Origin: Bacillota bacterium
Lineage (GTDB): Bacteria > Bacillota > UBA994
Reading direction: 5' to 3'
DNA: 49,065 bases
NCBI GenBank assembly: GCA_018725535.1
Contig: QLUS01000001.1
Coordinates: 1 to 49,065, forward strand
In this document: positions 26,286 to 34,544 of the stretch, one piece after another
How positions within the stretch are numbered: position 1 is the first letter of the stretch
Layout of the letters: every line of letters begins with the position of its first letter
The notes under the pieces: model-generated
What the model was told of the DNA's origin: nothing
What the model saw: only the letters and a program-made list of their open reading frames with translations
Databases searched by the model: none
Made by a program: the position numbers and the translations under genes

Positions 26286-26963
26286 TTAGAGGCTACGAAA
26301 GATTAGATACAGGCCTACGCCAACAAACAACAGACCCGCAACATATGCTCCAAAGTCCCAATATCTGCTTAAGCCCCGCCATGTTCGCAGGGCCCCAGCT
26401 ACACTTCCCACGACAAGCAAAGGCACGCCCTGACCCAAGCCAAAGGCAAACAACAATAACCCGCCTGTGAAAATTCGCCCGGAGGCCGCAGCAACGCCGA
26501 CGATAATCCCAAGCACCGGGCCCGCGCAGGGTGAGGCTGCGAGCCCAAACGCCAGTCCCACCAAGAAGGCCCCAAACAAGCCATGTGCCCGTACGGGCAT
26601 CTTAGCGATACTTTTCGTAGGTAGATGAATCATCTGCATTAAGCTAAGTCCCATGATGAGTAAAACAACCCCAAGCAGCACAGGGGCGATATTGGACGTG
26701 ATGCCAATTATGCCGCCTAGGAGAGCCGCCATAAGGCCGAGTGCCGTAAACGCCGTAGAAAGTCCCAGTACTAGGCTCAACACCAGAAAAAGGCTGCGCC
26801 GTGTCTTAATGCTCCCACTGACGCCTACATATCCCAAAACCAAAGGCATCATGGCGATAATGCAGGGGGAAAGGCTCGTTAAGACCCCAGCGGCAAATGA
26901 AGCCAGTAGCGCTAGACCTAGATGTCCGACGAGTATACTTTGCAGTGACTCAAGCGTTATCAC
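26286..26963 (-). CDS. ccdA: Cytochrome c biogenesis / thiol-disulfide electron transporter CcdA (DsbD family)
   Basis: Six TM helices with the two conserved Cys motifs (LSPCIIAMMPL and ASPCAGPVLG). The GTG start overlaps the upstream TGA (GTGA). Confidence 0.88.
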   Translation of the reverse strand: MITLESLQSILVGHLGLALLASFAAGVLTSLSPCIIAMMPLVLGYVGVSGSIKTRRSLFLVLSLVLGLSTAFTALGLMAALLGGIIGITSNIAPVLLGVVLLIMGLSLMQMIHLPTKSIAKMPVRAHGLFGAFLVGLAFGLAASPCAGPVLGIIVGVAAASGRIFTGGLLLFAFGLGQGVPLLVVGSVAGALRTWRGLSRYWDFGAYVAGLLFVGVGLYLIFRSL

Positions 26964-27388
26964 GGGGCCATCCCTCGAACAAGAAAGCGCCGCAGTTCCT
27001 CCTTAGACATGCTGCCGACCGCGTGGTGTTCCCGTCCGTTTGCATCGATCATAACAAAGTGGGGGATCGCCCGAAGATTAAAGCGACGCCCTAGCTCTAT
27101 GGTTTCATCTACCCTAATGTCCGCTACAATAAAAGTAACTCGCCCGAACTCGGCTTTAAGCTCCCGCACCGCGGGATACATTACTACACAGGAACGTCAC
27201 GTATCGGAAGTGAACATCACGAAAACCGGCACGCGCTCTGCAGTCGCCCGCTGAAACTCCGTCAAGGGCATGGCCGTTTTAAGATCGTCCCCGCCGCTGG
27301 GTCGCGCAAGGAACCAAGCCACAACTGCCACGAGCAGCACCAGTAAGACGGATACGCTACGCTTCACCGCCGCCACCCTCCCAAACAT
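26960..27388 (-). CDS. Membrane-anchored thioredoxin-like protein, predicted selenoprotein (U-x-x-C)
   Basis: Two in-frame ORFs are joined through TGA 27199..27197. The product has a TM anchor (VLLVLLVAVVAWFL) and a thioredoxin fold VPVFVMFTSDT-U-RSC-VVMYPAVRELKAEFG...AIPHFVMIDANG. The UGA falls at the first Cys position of CXXC, and a SECIS-like hairpin lies 21 nt downstream. Confidence 0.65.
27162..27176 (-). promoter_or_regulatory. Candidate bacterial SECIS hairpin
   Basis: The mRNA reads UGA, then 20 nt, then UCCCGC-GGU-GCGGGA (6-bp GC-rich stem, G-containing apical loop about 27 nt from UGA). A possible outer helix AGUAA/UUACU encloses it. Confidence 0.45.
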
Positions 27389-28358
27389 CCGTCAAAATAC
27401 TGCACTCCAAACGTTTATCCCATGCCGACCAGCGCTCACCGAGGGATACCGTTTCGGCAATAATCTTCTCGACCTGGGCCAGTCTGCTGCTGGTATAGTC
27501 GGCTAGGTGTAGTGCCACTGCGTTAGCAGTTTTCGGTTCCTCGGGTGAACCCCATTCCCGCTTACCGTGATGGCTAAGAACGAGGTGTTGCAGCTCATCT
27601 CGCAAGGTTGTCGGGAAGGCAGGCATGCGTTCGGTCAGGCTGCTAATTAACTCCGCTCCCAGCACCACATGGCCGATGAGCTTGCCTCTGTCTGTAACTT
27701 CAAAGCCAAACGCGCGCGGCTCATACTCCTGCGTTTTCGCCGCATCGTGAAGAATGGCCCCCACAATTAGCAGGTCGCGGTTAAGACGCGCGCCCTGCAC
27801 CTGTACCATGCGCTCGACATAAGCTATGACTTCTAGCGTGTGCATAAGGAGTCCACCCACAAAAGCGTGGTGTACATCACGACCTGCAGGCGCCTGCTGA
27901 AAGGCATGCCTTACCTCAGGTAGGGAAAAATGTAAGACCAGCAGATCCCGTAAGCACGGCGTCTTGATGCTTGCCATAATTTCCTCGAGTTCCCGCCACA
28001 TCGCTGCTAAGGGACGCGGGGGTGGCGCAGAAAAATCCGCGGCGTCAACTTCCGCAAGGTTCGCGCGCGTTATTTCCTCGATGTAAATTTGCTTGTCTCC
28101 GCGGTAATCCTGGACTCGCCCCGACACCAACACAATGTCGTCTTTGCGATAGGAGTTGTCGCTCGTAAGCGCCTCGTTCCAAGCCACGGCCGACACCCTG
28201 CCGGTACGGTCACCCAGCGACAACACCATGCCGCACGCGGGCACCCCGTTCTTGTTGTAATTAACAAGCCTTTTGTCAATCACAAAGAAGTGGCTCTTCA
28301 CCTGCGCCCCAACCACTAGGTCTTTCGCGTATATCTTCGTCAGCCCGCCTGTGCGCAT
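27357..28358 (-). CDS. yhaM: 3'-5' exoribonuclease YhaM (OB-fold + HD domain)
   Basis: N-terminal OB fold (VSAVAWNEA...VLVSGRVQDYRGDKQI) and HD domain (HHAFVGGLLMHTLEV, ILHDAAK). Confidence 0.8.
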   Translation of the reverse strand: MRTGGLTKIYAKDLVVGAQVKSHFFVIDKRLVNYNKNGVPACGMVLSLGDRTGRVSAVAWNEALTSDNSYRKDDIVLVSGRVQDYRGDKQIYIEEITRANLAEVDAADFSAPPPRPLAAMWRELEEIMASIKTPCLRDLLVLHFSLPEVRHAFQQAPAGRDVHHAFVGGLLMHTLEVIAYVERMVQVQGARLNRDLLIVGAILHDAAKTQEYEPRAFGFEVTDRGKLIGHVVLGAELISSLTERMPAFPTTLRDELQHLVLSHHGKREWGSPEEPKTANAVALHLADYTSSRLAQVEKIIAETVSLGERWSAWDKRLECSILTDVWEGGGGEA

Positions 28359-28359
28359 C

Positions 28360-29538
28360 TTATTGAATGACTCCCATTTCTTTCGCTACTGCCGCAAAGG
28401 CTTCGAGGGCGAAATCGAGGTCGTCCCTAGTGTGTGAGGCCGATATCATGGCACGAATGCGCGCCTTTCCCTTGGCCACCGTCGGGAAGCCAATCTTGGT
28501 GGCAAACACACCCCTTTGGAACAGGCGACGGCTCATCTCGCCTGCCACTTCCGCTTCGCCAAGCATTACCGGTGTTATAGGCGTCTCGCTTTTCCCAATG
28601 TCAAAACCTAATCTGCTCATACCAGCCTTGAAGTAGCGGGCATTATCCCACAATCTCTCTACAGGCTCGCCGCTCGCCGTAAGGATTTCAATGGCCTTCG
28701 CTGTAGCTGCCACATCAGGCGGCGTAAGCGCCGAGCTAAACAGGAAGGGGCGCGCGCGCTGTTTAAGATACTCAATCAGCTTAGCGCTCCCGGCAGCAAA
28801 GCCGCCAATAGTCCCTATAGCCTTAGAAAAAGTGCCTACTTCCACGTCTACTTGACCGTGCAGGTGGAAGTGATCGACAATACCTCGTCCGTTCTCTCCC
28901 AGCACACCTTCGCCGTGGGCATCGTCGACCATAGTCATGGCGCCGTAGCGTTTAGCGATGGCCACAATTTGGGGCAGTTTGGCTATATCCCCGTCCATGC
29001 TAAAGACGCCGTCGGTGATGACCAGCACCCGCCCAGTGTTAACGCCCTTAAGCACTGACTCCAGTGAGTCCGGATCATTATGTTTGTAGACCTTAATCTC
29101 GGCACGACTTAAGCGTGCCCCATCAATAATGCTAGCGTGATTCAGCTCATCGGACACAATGATGTCGTCCTTACCGACTAAAGCGGCAATAACGGCGAGG
29201 TTAGCCATAAAGCCTGACTGCAACGTAAGTGCGGCCTCCACGCGTTTGAACTCAGCCACTTGCCTATCAAGCCCGGCGTGGAGACTCATAGTCCCGGCAA
29301 TACTCCGCACGGCAGCAGGACCAACGCCAAACTCGGAAATCGCATCCATGGCCGCTTGACGGAGACGCGGGTCGTTCGCGAGGTTTAGGTAGTTGTTTGA
29401 GCAGAGGTTGAGCTTCTTCTGACCGCCAATGACAATCCACGCGCCCTGCGCGCTCTCTATAACCTTGATGTCATTGTAAAGCCCGCTGCTCTTAAGCTCC
29501 TGCAGGATTTCGTCGATGAAACTGAGACTTTCTGGCAT
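28360..29538 (-). CDS. kbl: Glycine C-acetyltransferase (2-amino-3-ketobutyrate CoA ligase) / BioF-family PLP enzyme
   Basis: Alpha-oxoamine synthase motifs are present: [22 protein letters not shown] and the PLP lysine in [11 protein letters not shown] 29538 follows AAGGAGG by 6 nt. The ORF-track extension to 29661 translates the heptamer repeat array. Confidence 0.85.
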   Translation of the reverse strand: MPESLSFIDEILQELKSSGLYNDIKVIESAQGAWIVIGGQKKLNLCSNNYLNLANDPRLRQAAMDAISEFGVGPAAVRSIAGTMSLHAGLDRQVAEFKRVEAALTLQSGFMANLAVIAALVGKDDIIVSDELNHASIIDGARLSRAEIKVYKHNDPDSLESVLKGVNTGRVLVITDGVFSMDGDIAKLPQIVAIAKRYGAMTMVDDAHGEGVLGENGRGIVDHFHLHGQVDVEVGTFSKAIGTIGGFAAGSAKLIEYLKQRARPFLFSSALTPPDVAATAKAIEILTASGEPVERLWDNARYFKAGMSRLGFDIGKSETPITPVMLGEAEVAGEMSRRLFQRGVFATKIGFPTVAKGKARIRAMISASHTRDDLDFALEAFAAVAKEMGVIQ

Positions 29539-29553
29539 ATGTGACCTCCTTTT

Positions 29554-29623
29554 GTGAACTTTGAATCGTGAATCTTGAATCATGAACGGGGGAGGCTTCC
29601 CGCTTTCCGCTTTCCGCCGTACG
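29554..29623. repeat. Heptanucleotide array A
   Basis: Ten in-phase heptamers on the + strand: GTGAACT TTGAATC GTGAATC TTGAATC ATGAACG GGGGAGG CTTCCCG CTTTCCG CTTTCCG CCGTACG. Confidence 0.85.
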
Positions 29624-29626
29624 CCT

Positions 29627-30001
29627 CTACTGCCTCTCCTTACCCGAGAGGTGCTTTTCATAGATTGTTTCTCTCAGTTCCTCCGAGCGGAGGCTGCGCC
29701 AGTCAAGCTCTGAGGTGCCGCGTCGCGTCACAGGGTCAAACTTAAGTGAGGTCGGCTCGGCTAAGAACGTCAGCACCATGCGGTGCAAGCTTTCGTTGCG
29801 CTTCTCGCGGGAGAGGTGACGAGTGACTCTTACATCTGCGCCGGTTTGTGCGGCCACAGTGCGCCGCACGGCATCCTCTGGAGTTTCGCCCTCTTCCACG
29901 TCTCCGCCCGGCAGAGCCCATACTCCCCCGAGTGGTCTAACCATAAGCACATGATGGCCATTAAGGACAATAGCTTGAACGTAGATTCTGCGATAATCCA
30001 T
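29627..30001 (-). CDS. Nudix-fold protein with degenerate Nudix box
   Basis: [29 protein letters not shown] fits Gx5Ex7R, but the REUxEE glutamates read RTVAAQ. Confidence 0.7.
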   Translation of the reverse strand: MDYRRIYVQAIVLNGHHVLMVRPLGGVWALPGGDVEEGETPEDAVRRTVAAQTGADVRVTRHLSREKRNESLHRMVLTFLAEPTSLKFDPVTRRGTSELDWRSLRSEELRETIYEKHLSGKERQ

Positions 30002-30036
30002 GTTCGACTCTCCCTTCCATCATCTTCTCTAGCCTT

Positions 30037-30065
30037 AGCATACCAGAGGGCAATGTGCTGCGCAA
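30037..30065 (-). promoter_or_regulatory. Sigma-A-type promoter upstream of the Nudix-kbl-yhaM block
   Basis: The minus strand reads TTGCGC, a 17-nt spacer, then TATGCT. It lies about 35 nt upstream of the Nudix ATG, which is preceded by GGAAGGGAG. Confidence 0.4.
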
Positions 30066-30142
30066 CGCCGAGGCGACTCGCGCGAGTAGGGAAGCAGTAG
30101 GGACGGAGCCTTTTGCTTCCGTGGAGTACATCACGCGCGCGC

Positions 30143-30276
30143 CTGCCGTTAGCCGTTAGGAGGCTTTCCGCTTTCCGCTTTCCGCTTTCCGCTTTCCGTT
30201 AGCCGTTAGGAGGCTTCCCGCTTTCCGCTTTCCGCTGTACGCTGTAAGCTGTAAGCTGTAAGCTGTAAGCTGTAAG
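30143..30276. repeat. Heptanucleotide array B (duplicated module)
   Basis: + strand: TTAGCCG TTAGGAGG (CTTTCCG)x5, then TTAGCCG TTAGGAGG CTTCCCG (CTTTCCG)x2 CTGTACG (CTGTAAG)x5. It ends 8 nt before the stop codon of the 820-aa peptidase gene. Confidence 0.9.
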
Positions 30277-30284
30277 CGTCCCTC

Positions 30285-32747
30285 TTAGCGAAACAACGCA
30301 TTAAACAAAACCTTATACGTTCCCCTTGACTGCGCGCGGTGATGTGGTCGAAACCCAATCAGCACCACTCGCCCTTTTTTTACTGTGCACTCTAGGAGCG
30401 CCGCGCGCCCACTAAGCCTCTCTGCCCCATGCAACAAGCCGCACACGAGAGGATTGACCGCAGGGTAGCGGCCCACCGCTTTCGCTGTCTCATCGGCTGA
30501 GAACACGGGACTGCGCACAAAGACTACTGCCGCCGCCTGAGGCATGCCGTAGGCGAGCGGATGGCTAATGTCGAACGCAACCCGCAAGAAGGACCCAGGC
30601 ACTAGGAACTCGTCCTCGCGTGCGGAGCCGACCACATTAGTTACCTTAAGCCGCAGAGCTTCGATACACCAATCGCAGGCGTGGTCGACCCCAACCACGG
30701 TGCCCCCGCCCAGAGCGAACTCGCGGAGTGCCTGCGCTCCGGCCATACCCAGACCTCCGCAGTATTCCCTTGGGTAGACACCGGGCATCAGCCCTTCGCT
30801 GATAGTTTTCGCGCGCGCACTGGGTATAACCACCACGTCAAAGCGCTCGGCGAGCCCGCCCGCGCGGATATCTTGGTCTTTAAGCGTGGCATAGGGGATA
30901 GCGTGCTGCTCGAGCACAAAGCGCATAAACCCTTCATCCGGGTTAGGCACATATCCTTGATAAACCCCCACACGCGGCACCTGAGTAAGGGTCGTAACCG
31001 ACGGCAAGTCTGTGCCGGGCAGAGTCCCCACACTAAGTCCTAGGTCAGCAGCAAGCTCCATCACGAGCTCGCGCGCCTCCCCGCTTACTATCAGCGTGCC
31101 GGGTGGCAGTTCCGGGTCTTCACAATCATGCTTTAGCCGATGTACGGGGACCTCTGCTGCGAGGAATCGAGCCAAGGCCGTATACATCCCATTAGGTTCA
31201 GGGCGAATGTACAACCAACGCCCGTGCAGTGATACTGCAGGCGGATTGGGGACAAACCTTGGCGGCTGTTTGATACGGGCCAGTGAAGCCTTAAAAGGCG
31301 CGCGAATTTCGGTGACGGTGACACCCATCTGAATGGGAAGGCTGTGGGCAGCCATATCGTAGGGCTGCCGCAGAAATCCATCAGAGAAACGACGCACGTC
31401 TGGGTAACTCTGATTCTCGAGCAGCGTCTTGGCAAAAGAGGAATACGGCTGCTGCATCAGCACTACGTAGTTGCCTGCTGTGTAGTCCACGCCGTCGGCA
31501 GAAAACGGCAGCAGAGCCGCATGGATCTCCACACCGCCAAACATCAGTAGCTCGATGAGCTCAGCCGCGACTCGTGGGTCACGCTGCTTAGGCGGCAAGA
31601 CAAAGGCGTAAGTATAGGGTTTTGGTGCAGTGGCCCGCTGTCCAATCGCGACAAAGTTCTTAAGCCACAGCCTGCGATACTTGGCGGCGTGCCGAAGGCA
31701 AGCGAGGGCTGCTAGCTTGCAGTATTCCACTATGTCACGTAAGCGCCACTCGCCCCCTCTCCACGGCTCTGGCTGGTTCCATGTGGCGATGCGCGGGTCA
31801 TACCCCCTGCCCCCGCGCAGATGTTGCTCGTCAAGCGTTACAGGCGTGGCCAGTCTCGCACTCGCCACCTCGGCCAGAATGCGCACTCCCCCGTGGTAGT
31901 GTTGGTAGCTGCGGCTCGGAGAATAGGCGTCGTATGTTACGTTCGTCATCACGCCAGTCTTCCCGTGCGCAGACAACTCAGCCGCGATGGTTTGCCCGAG
32001 CCACGCCGCACCTTGGCGGATGAGGGGATCGACATTGGGGTCATAGGGGTCGACAAAGGGGGGTAGTACTATGCGCGGCCCGTCTTGGCCCTGTTGATGG
32101 AAATCAAGCACTATTTGCGGGTGCCAAGTGTTATGGATATGTTCTACCATCAACCGTGTCTCCTGTTGTGTGAACATAAACCAGTCACGGTTATTGTCGT
32201 GCCCGGCATAGCGGTGATAAAGCTGTGGCGGTGCCGTCCCCTCATAAGCTGTGCCAAGCGTTTGCCGGTACCAATCAACGACTAGATCTAAGCCGTCCGG
32301 GTTTGCGCAAGGGACAAGCAGCAGAACGGTATTATCGAGCGATTCCATAGTCTCTTCGTCACACGCCGTCACTAACTCATAGGCCAGCTCGAGGCTCATT
32401 TGCGTGGGGCCGACCTCTGTGGCATGGATGCTGTTTGTCATTAAAACAACTGTCTTACCTAGCGCCATAAGCTCGGCTAATTGGTTGTCCTGCTTCCCAC
32501 GTGGGTCAGCCAGCTCTCTTTGCACTTGCTCAATTTGCTCTAACCGCGCGTGGTTTTCGCTCGACGTAATTACCACCAACAGAAAGGGGCGCCCTTCCGT
32601 ACTCCGGCCAATTTCAGTCACCCTACAACGGGGGCTACTTTCGCTGAGCACGCGAAAATAGCCTGTGATTTGCTCCCAATCGGCAAGGCTCCTGTCCGCG
32701 CCTACGGGGAAACCTAGGTGCTGTTCGGGACTACGCAAGGGCGTCAC
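30285..32747 (-). CDS. Large M14-family metallopeptidase with additional C-terminal domains
   Basis: 820 aa. The N-terminal M14 domain carries STEGRPFLLVVI, HxxE in NSIHATEVG, CANPDG and HDNNRDWF. About 450 further residues have no assigned function. Confidence 0.8.
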   Translation of the reverse strand: MTPLRSPEQHLGFPVGADRSLADWEQITGYFRVLSESSPRCRVTEIGRSTEGRPFLLVVITSSENHARLEQIEQVQRELADPRGKQDNQLAELMALGKTVVLMTNSIHATEVGPTQMSLELAYELVTACDEETMESLDNTVLLLVPCANPDGLDLVVDWYRQTLGTAYEGTAPPQLYHRYAGHDNNRDWFMFTQQETRLMVEHIHNTWHPQIVLDFHQQGQDGPRIVLPPFVDPYDPNVDPLIRQGAAWLGQTIAAELSAHGKTGVMTNVTYDAYSPSRSYQHYHGGVRILAEVASARLATPVTLDEQHLRGGRGYDPRIATWNQPEPWRGGEWRLRDIVEYCKLAALACLRHAAKYRRLWLKNFVAIGQRATAPKPYTYAFVLPPKQRDPRVAAELIELLMFGGVEIHAALLPFSADGVDYTAGNYVVLMQQPYSSFAKTLLENQSYPDVRRFSDGFLRQPYDMAAHSLPIQMGVTVTEIRAPFKASLARIKQPPRFVPNPPAVSLHGRWLYIRPEPNGMYTALARFLAAEVPVHRLKHDCEDPELPPGTLIVSGEARELVMELAADLGLSVGTLPGTDLPSVTTLTQVPRVGVYQGYVPNPDEGFMRFVLEQHAIPYATLKDQDIRAGGLAERFDVVVIPSARAKTISEGLMPGVYPREYCGGLGMAGAQALREFALGGGTVVGVDHACDWCIEALRLKVTNVVGSAREDEFLVPGSFLRVAFDISHPLAYGMPQAAAVVFVRSPVFSADETAKAVGRYPAVNPLVCGLLHGAERLSGRAALLECTVKKGRVVLIGFRPHHRAQSRGTYKVLFNALFR

Positions 32748-32813
32748 CTCCTCTTGTGAACTGGGAACTGTGAGCTAGGGAGAAACAAAAATCAAAGGTG
32801 ATGGACCATGGAT

Positions 32814-32877
32814 GGGGGAGGCTTTCCGCTTTCCGCTTTCCGCTTTCCGCTGTCCGCTGTAAGCCGTAAGCTGTAAG
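32814..32877. repeat. Heptanucleotide array C
   Basis: + strand: GGGGGAGG (CTTTCCG)x4 CTGTCCG CTGTAAG CCGTAAG CTGTAAG. It lies in the divergent intergenic region between the M14 gene and the decarboxylase gene. Confidence 0.9.
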
Positions 32878-32894
32878 CTCTCACAAATGGGCAC

Positions 32895-32923
32895 TTGAAC
32901 ATTGCTCGCCATAGGTTTAATAT
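32895..32923 (+). promoter_or_regulatory. Sigma-A-type promoter of the decarboxylase gene
   Basis: TTGAAC, a 17-nt spacer, then TAATAT. This implies a 5' leader of about 120 nt before the start codon. Confidence 0.55.
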
Positions 32924-33051
32924 ATCGCTGTATGCGCAAAGTTAGAGAAACATGCGGAAAACAGAGCAAAACGCTAACCACCGCGCAGGATGGCAGTTTA
33001 CGGCATATTAAGCGACATATCGCATCATTAGGACGACAGGAGGCTCTCGAG

Positions 33052-34539
33052 TTGAGGAACAAGAAGGGCACCGCGCACATGGCACTCGAGCGCAGGCAAA
33101 GCCGCACACCGCTTTTTGACGCTTTGCGCAACTACGTGCGTGAAGGTACACTCTCTTTTCATGTCCCCGGCCACAAGCACGGCAAGGGGCTGCCTGAGTT
33201 TACTCGCTTTGTGGGTAAGAACGTCATGAACATCGATCTTACGATCATGCCGGACCTCGACAGCATCTACAAGCCGCACGGGCCAATCAAAGCCGCACAA
33301 GACTTAGCCGCCGAGGCCTTTGGGGCTGACTACGCGCACTTCCTCAGTAATGGCACGACCGCTGGCATTCACTGCATGTTGATGTCTACTTTGCGCCCGG
33401 GCGACAAGTTTATCGTGCCGCGCAATGCCCACAAATCCGTTATTTCGGCAATGATTCTTACTGGGGCCGAACCGGTGTACATCCAGCCCTACGTAGATAA
33501 TTACCTCGGCGTAGCCATGGCCATTACCGCCGATGAAGTACGGCAGGCCTTGCGCCAGCAGCCCGATGCCAAAGCCGTTTTCGTCATTAACACTACCTTT
33601 TATGGTATGGCACCGGAACTTGAGCGCATCGTGGAGATCGCCGAGGACTACGAGATCCCGGTTCTAGTTGACGAAGCGCACGGGGCACACCTTAAATTCC
33701 ACCCTAGTCTCCCCCTGTCGGCCATGGAAGCCAAGGCGGACATGGCTGCCCTGAGTACGCATAAGCTCCTAGGCTCCATGACTCAGAGCTCGCTCTTGCT
33801 TACCCGCGGCGACTTAGTAGACCCGCAGTACGTTAAGACCACCCTGAATCTAACGCAGACTACCAGCCCCAGCTACCCCCTGCTAGCCTCGCTGGATATC
33901 GCGCGCAAACAAGTTTTCTTCCGCGGTCAAGAGATGCTTACACATGCCATTAACCTTGCTAACTGGGCGCGATACGAGATAAACAACAGCATCCCCGGCC
34001 TCTATGTCTACGGTAACGACATGGTGGGACAACCCGGTTGTTACGAATATGACCCCACTAAGCTGTGCATTAACGTGCGCGCCCTTGGCATTTCCGGCTT
34101 TGAAATGGAACGCATTCTAAGGCAAGGATTCCATATCCAAGTAGACCTCTCTGACTTGTACAACGTATTGTGCGTAGTAAGTATTGCCGACACGAAGGAA
34201 AACGTGCGCACCTTAGTGCATGCGCTGAGCGAAATTGCGCGTAAGTTTACCGTGCAAGACGTGCGCGAACATCCCATTGAGCTGCCGCCGCTCCCGGCTC
34301 TCGCATATTTGCCGCGCGAGGCCTTCTATGCGGAGACCAAGCGCGTGCCCCTAGAACAGGCCAAGGGCAAAATCGTAGCCGAAATGCTGATGGCCTATCC
34401 GCCCGGCATCCCCCTCATCTGTCCAGGCGAGATCCTCACGGAAGAAATCATTGACTACGTGCGCATGCTTACAGAAGCAGATGCACAAATTTACGGCACA
34501 GAGGACCCTAACGCTGAGTATATTAAGATTGTGCGCTAG
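33052..34539 (+). CDS. Orn/Lys/Arg decarboxylase (fold-type I PLP, SpeA/YaaO-like)
   Basis: TPLFDALRNYVREGTLSFHVPGHKHGKG, GTTAGIHCM and the PLP-lysine region LSTHKLLGSMTQSS. The start is either TTG 33052 (AGGAGG 8 nt upstream) or ATG 33079. The ORF-track start at 32902 is upstream of the predicted -10 element. Confidence 0.85.
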   Translation: MRNKKGTAHMALERRQSRTPLFDALRNYVREGTLSFHVPGHKHGKGLPEFTRFVGKNVMNIDLTIMPDLDSIYKPHGPIKAAQDLAAEAFGADYAHFLSNGTTAGIHCMLMSTLRPGDKFIVPRNAHKSVISAMILTGAEPVYIQPYVDNYLGVAMAITADEVRQALRQQPDAKAVFVINTTFYGMAPELERIVEIAEDYEIPVLVDEAHGAHLKFHPSLPLSAMEAKADMAALSTHKLLGSMTQSSLLLTRGDLVDPQYVKTTLNLTQTTSPSYPLLASLDIARKQVFFRGQEMLTHAINLANWARYEINNSIPGLYVYGNDMVGQPGCYEYDPTKLCINVRALGISGFEMERILRQGFHIQVDLSDLYNVLCVVSIADTKENVRTLVHALSEIARKFTVQDVREHPIELPPLPALAYLPREAFYAETKRVPLEQAKGKIVAEMLMAYPPGIPLICPGEILTEEIIDYVRMLTEADAQIYGTEDPNAEYIKIVR

Positions 34540-34544
34540 CCCGC

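Noticed and set aside
29539-29661. N-terminal extensions in the ORF track for kbl (to 29661), tldD (to 39813), the decarboxylase (from 32902), murA (to 49008), btuD (from 13960), mnhC (to 22238) and the response regulator (to 35610).
   Set aside because: Internal start codons have well-spaced GGAGG-type RBSs and match the N-termini of the respective families. The extensions translate repeat arrays or overlap upstream genes.
32924-33051. The 5' leader of about 120 nt on the decarboxylase gene as a riboswitch.
   Set aside because: I could not recognise any known riboswitch core or a convincing terminator/antiterminator pair. Only short hairpins such as GCGACATATCGC are present.
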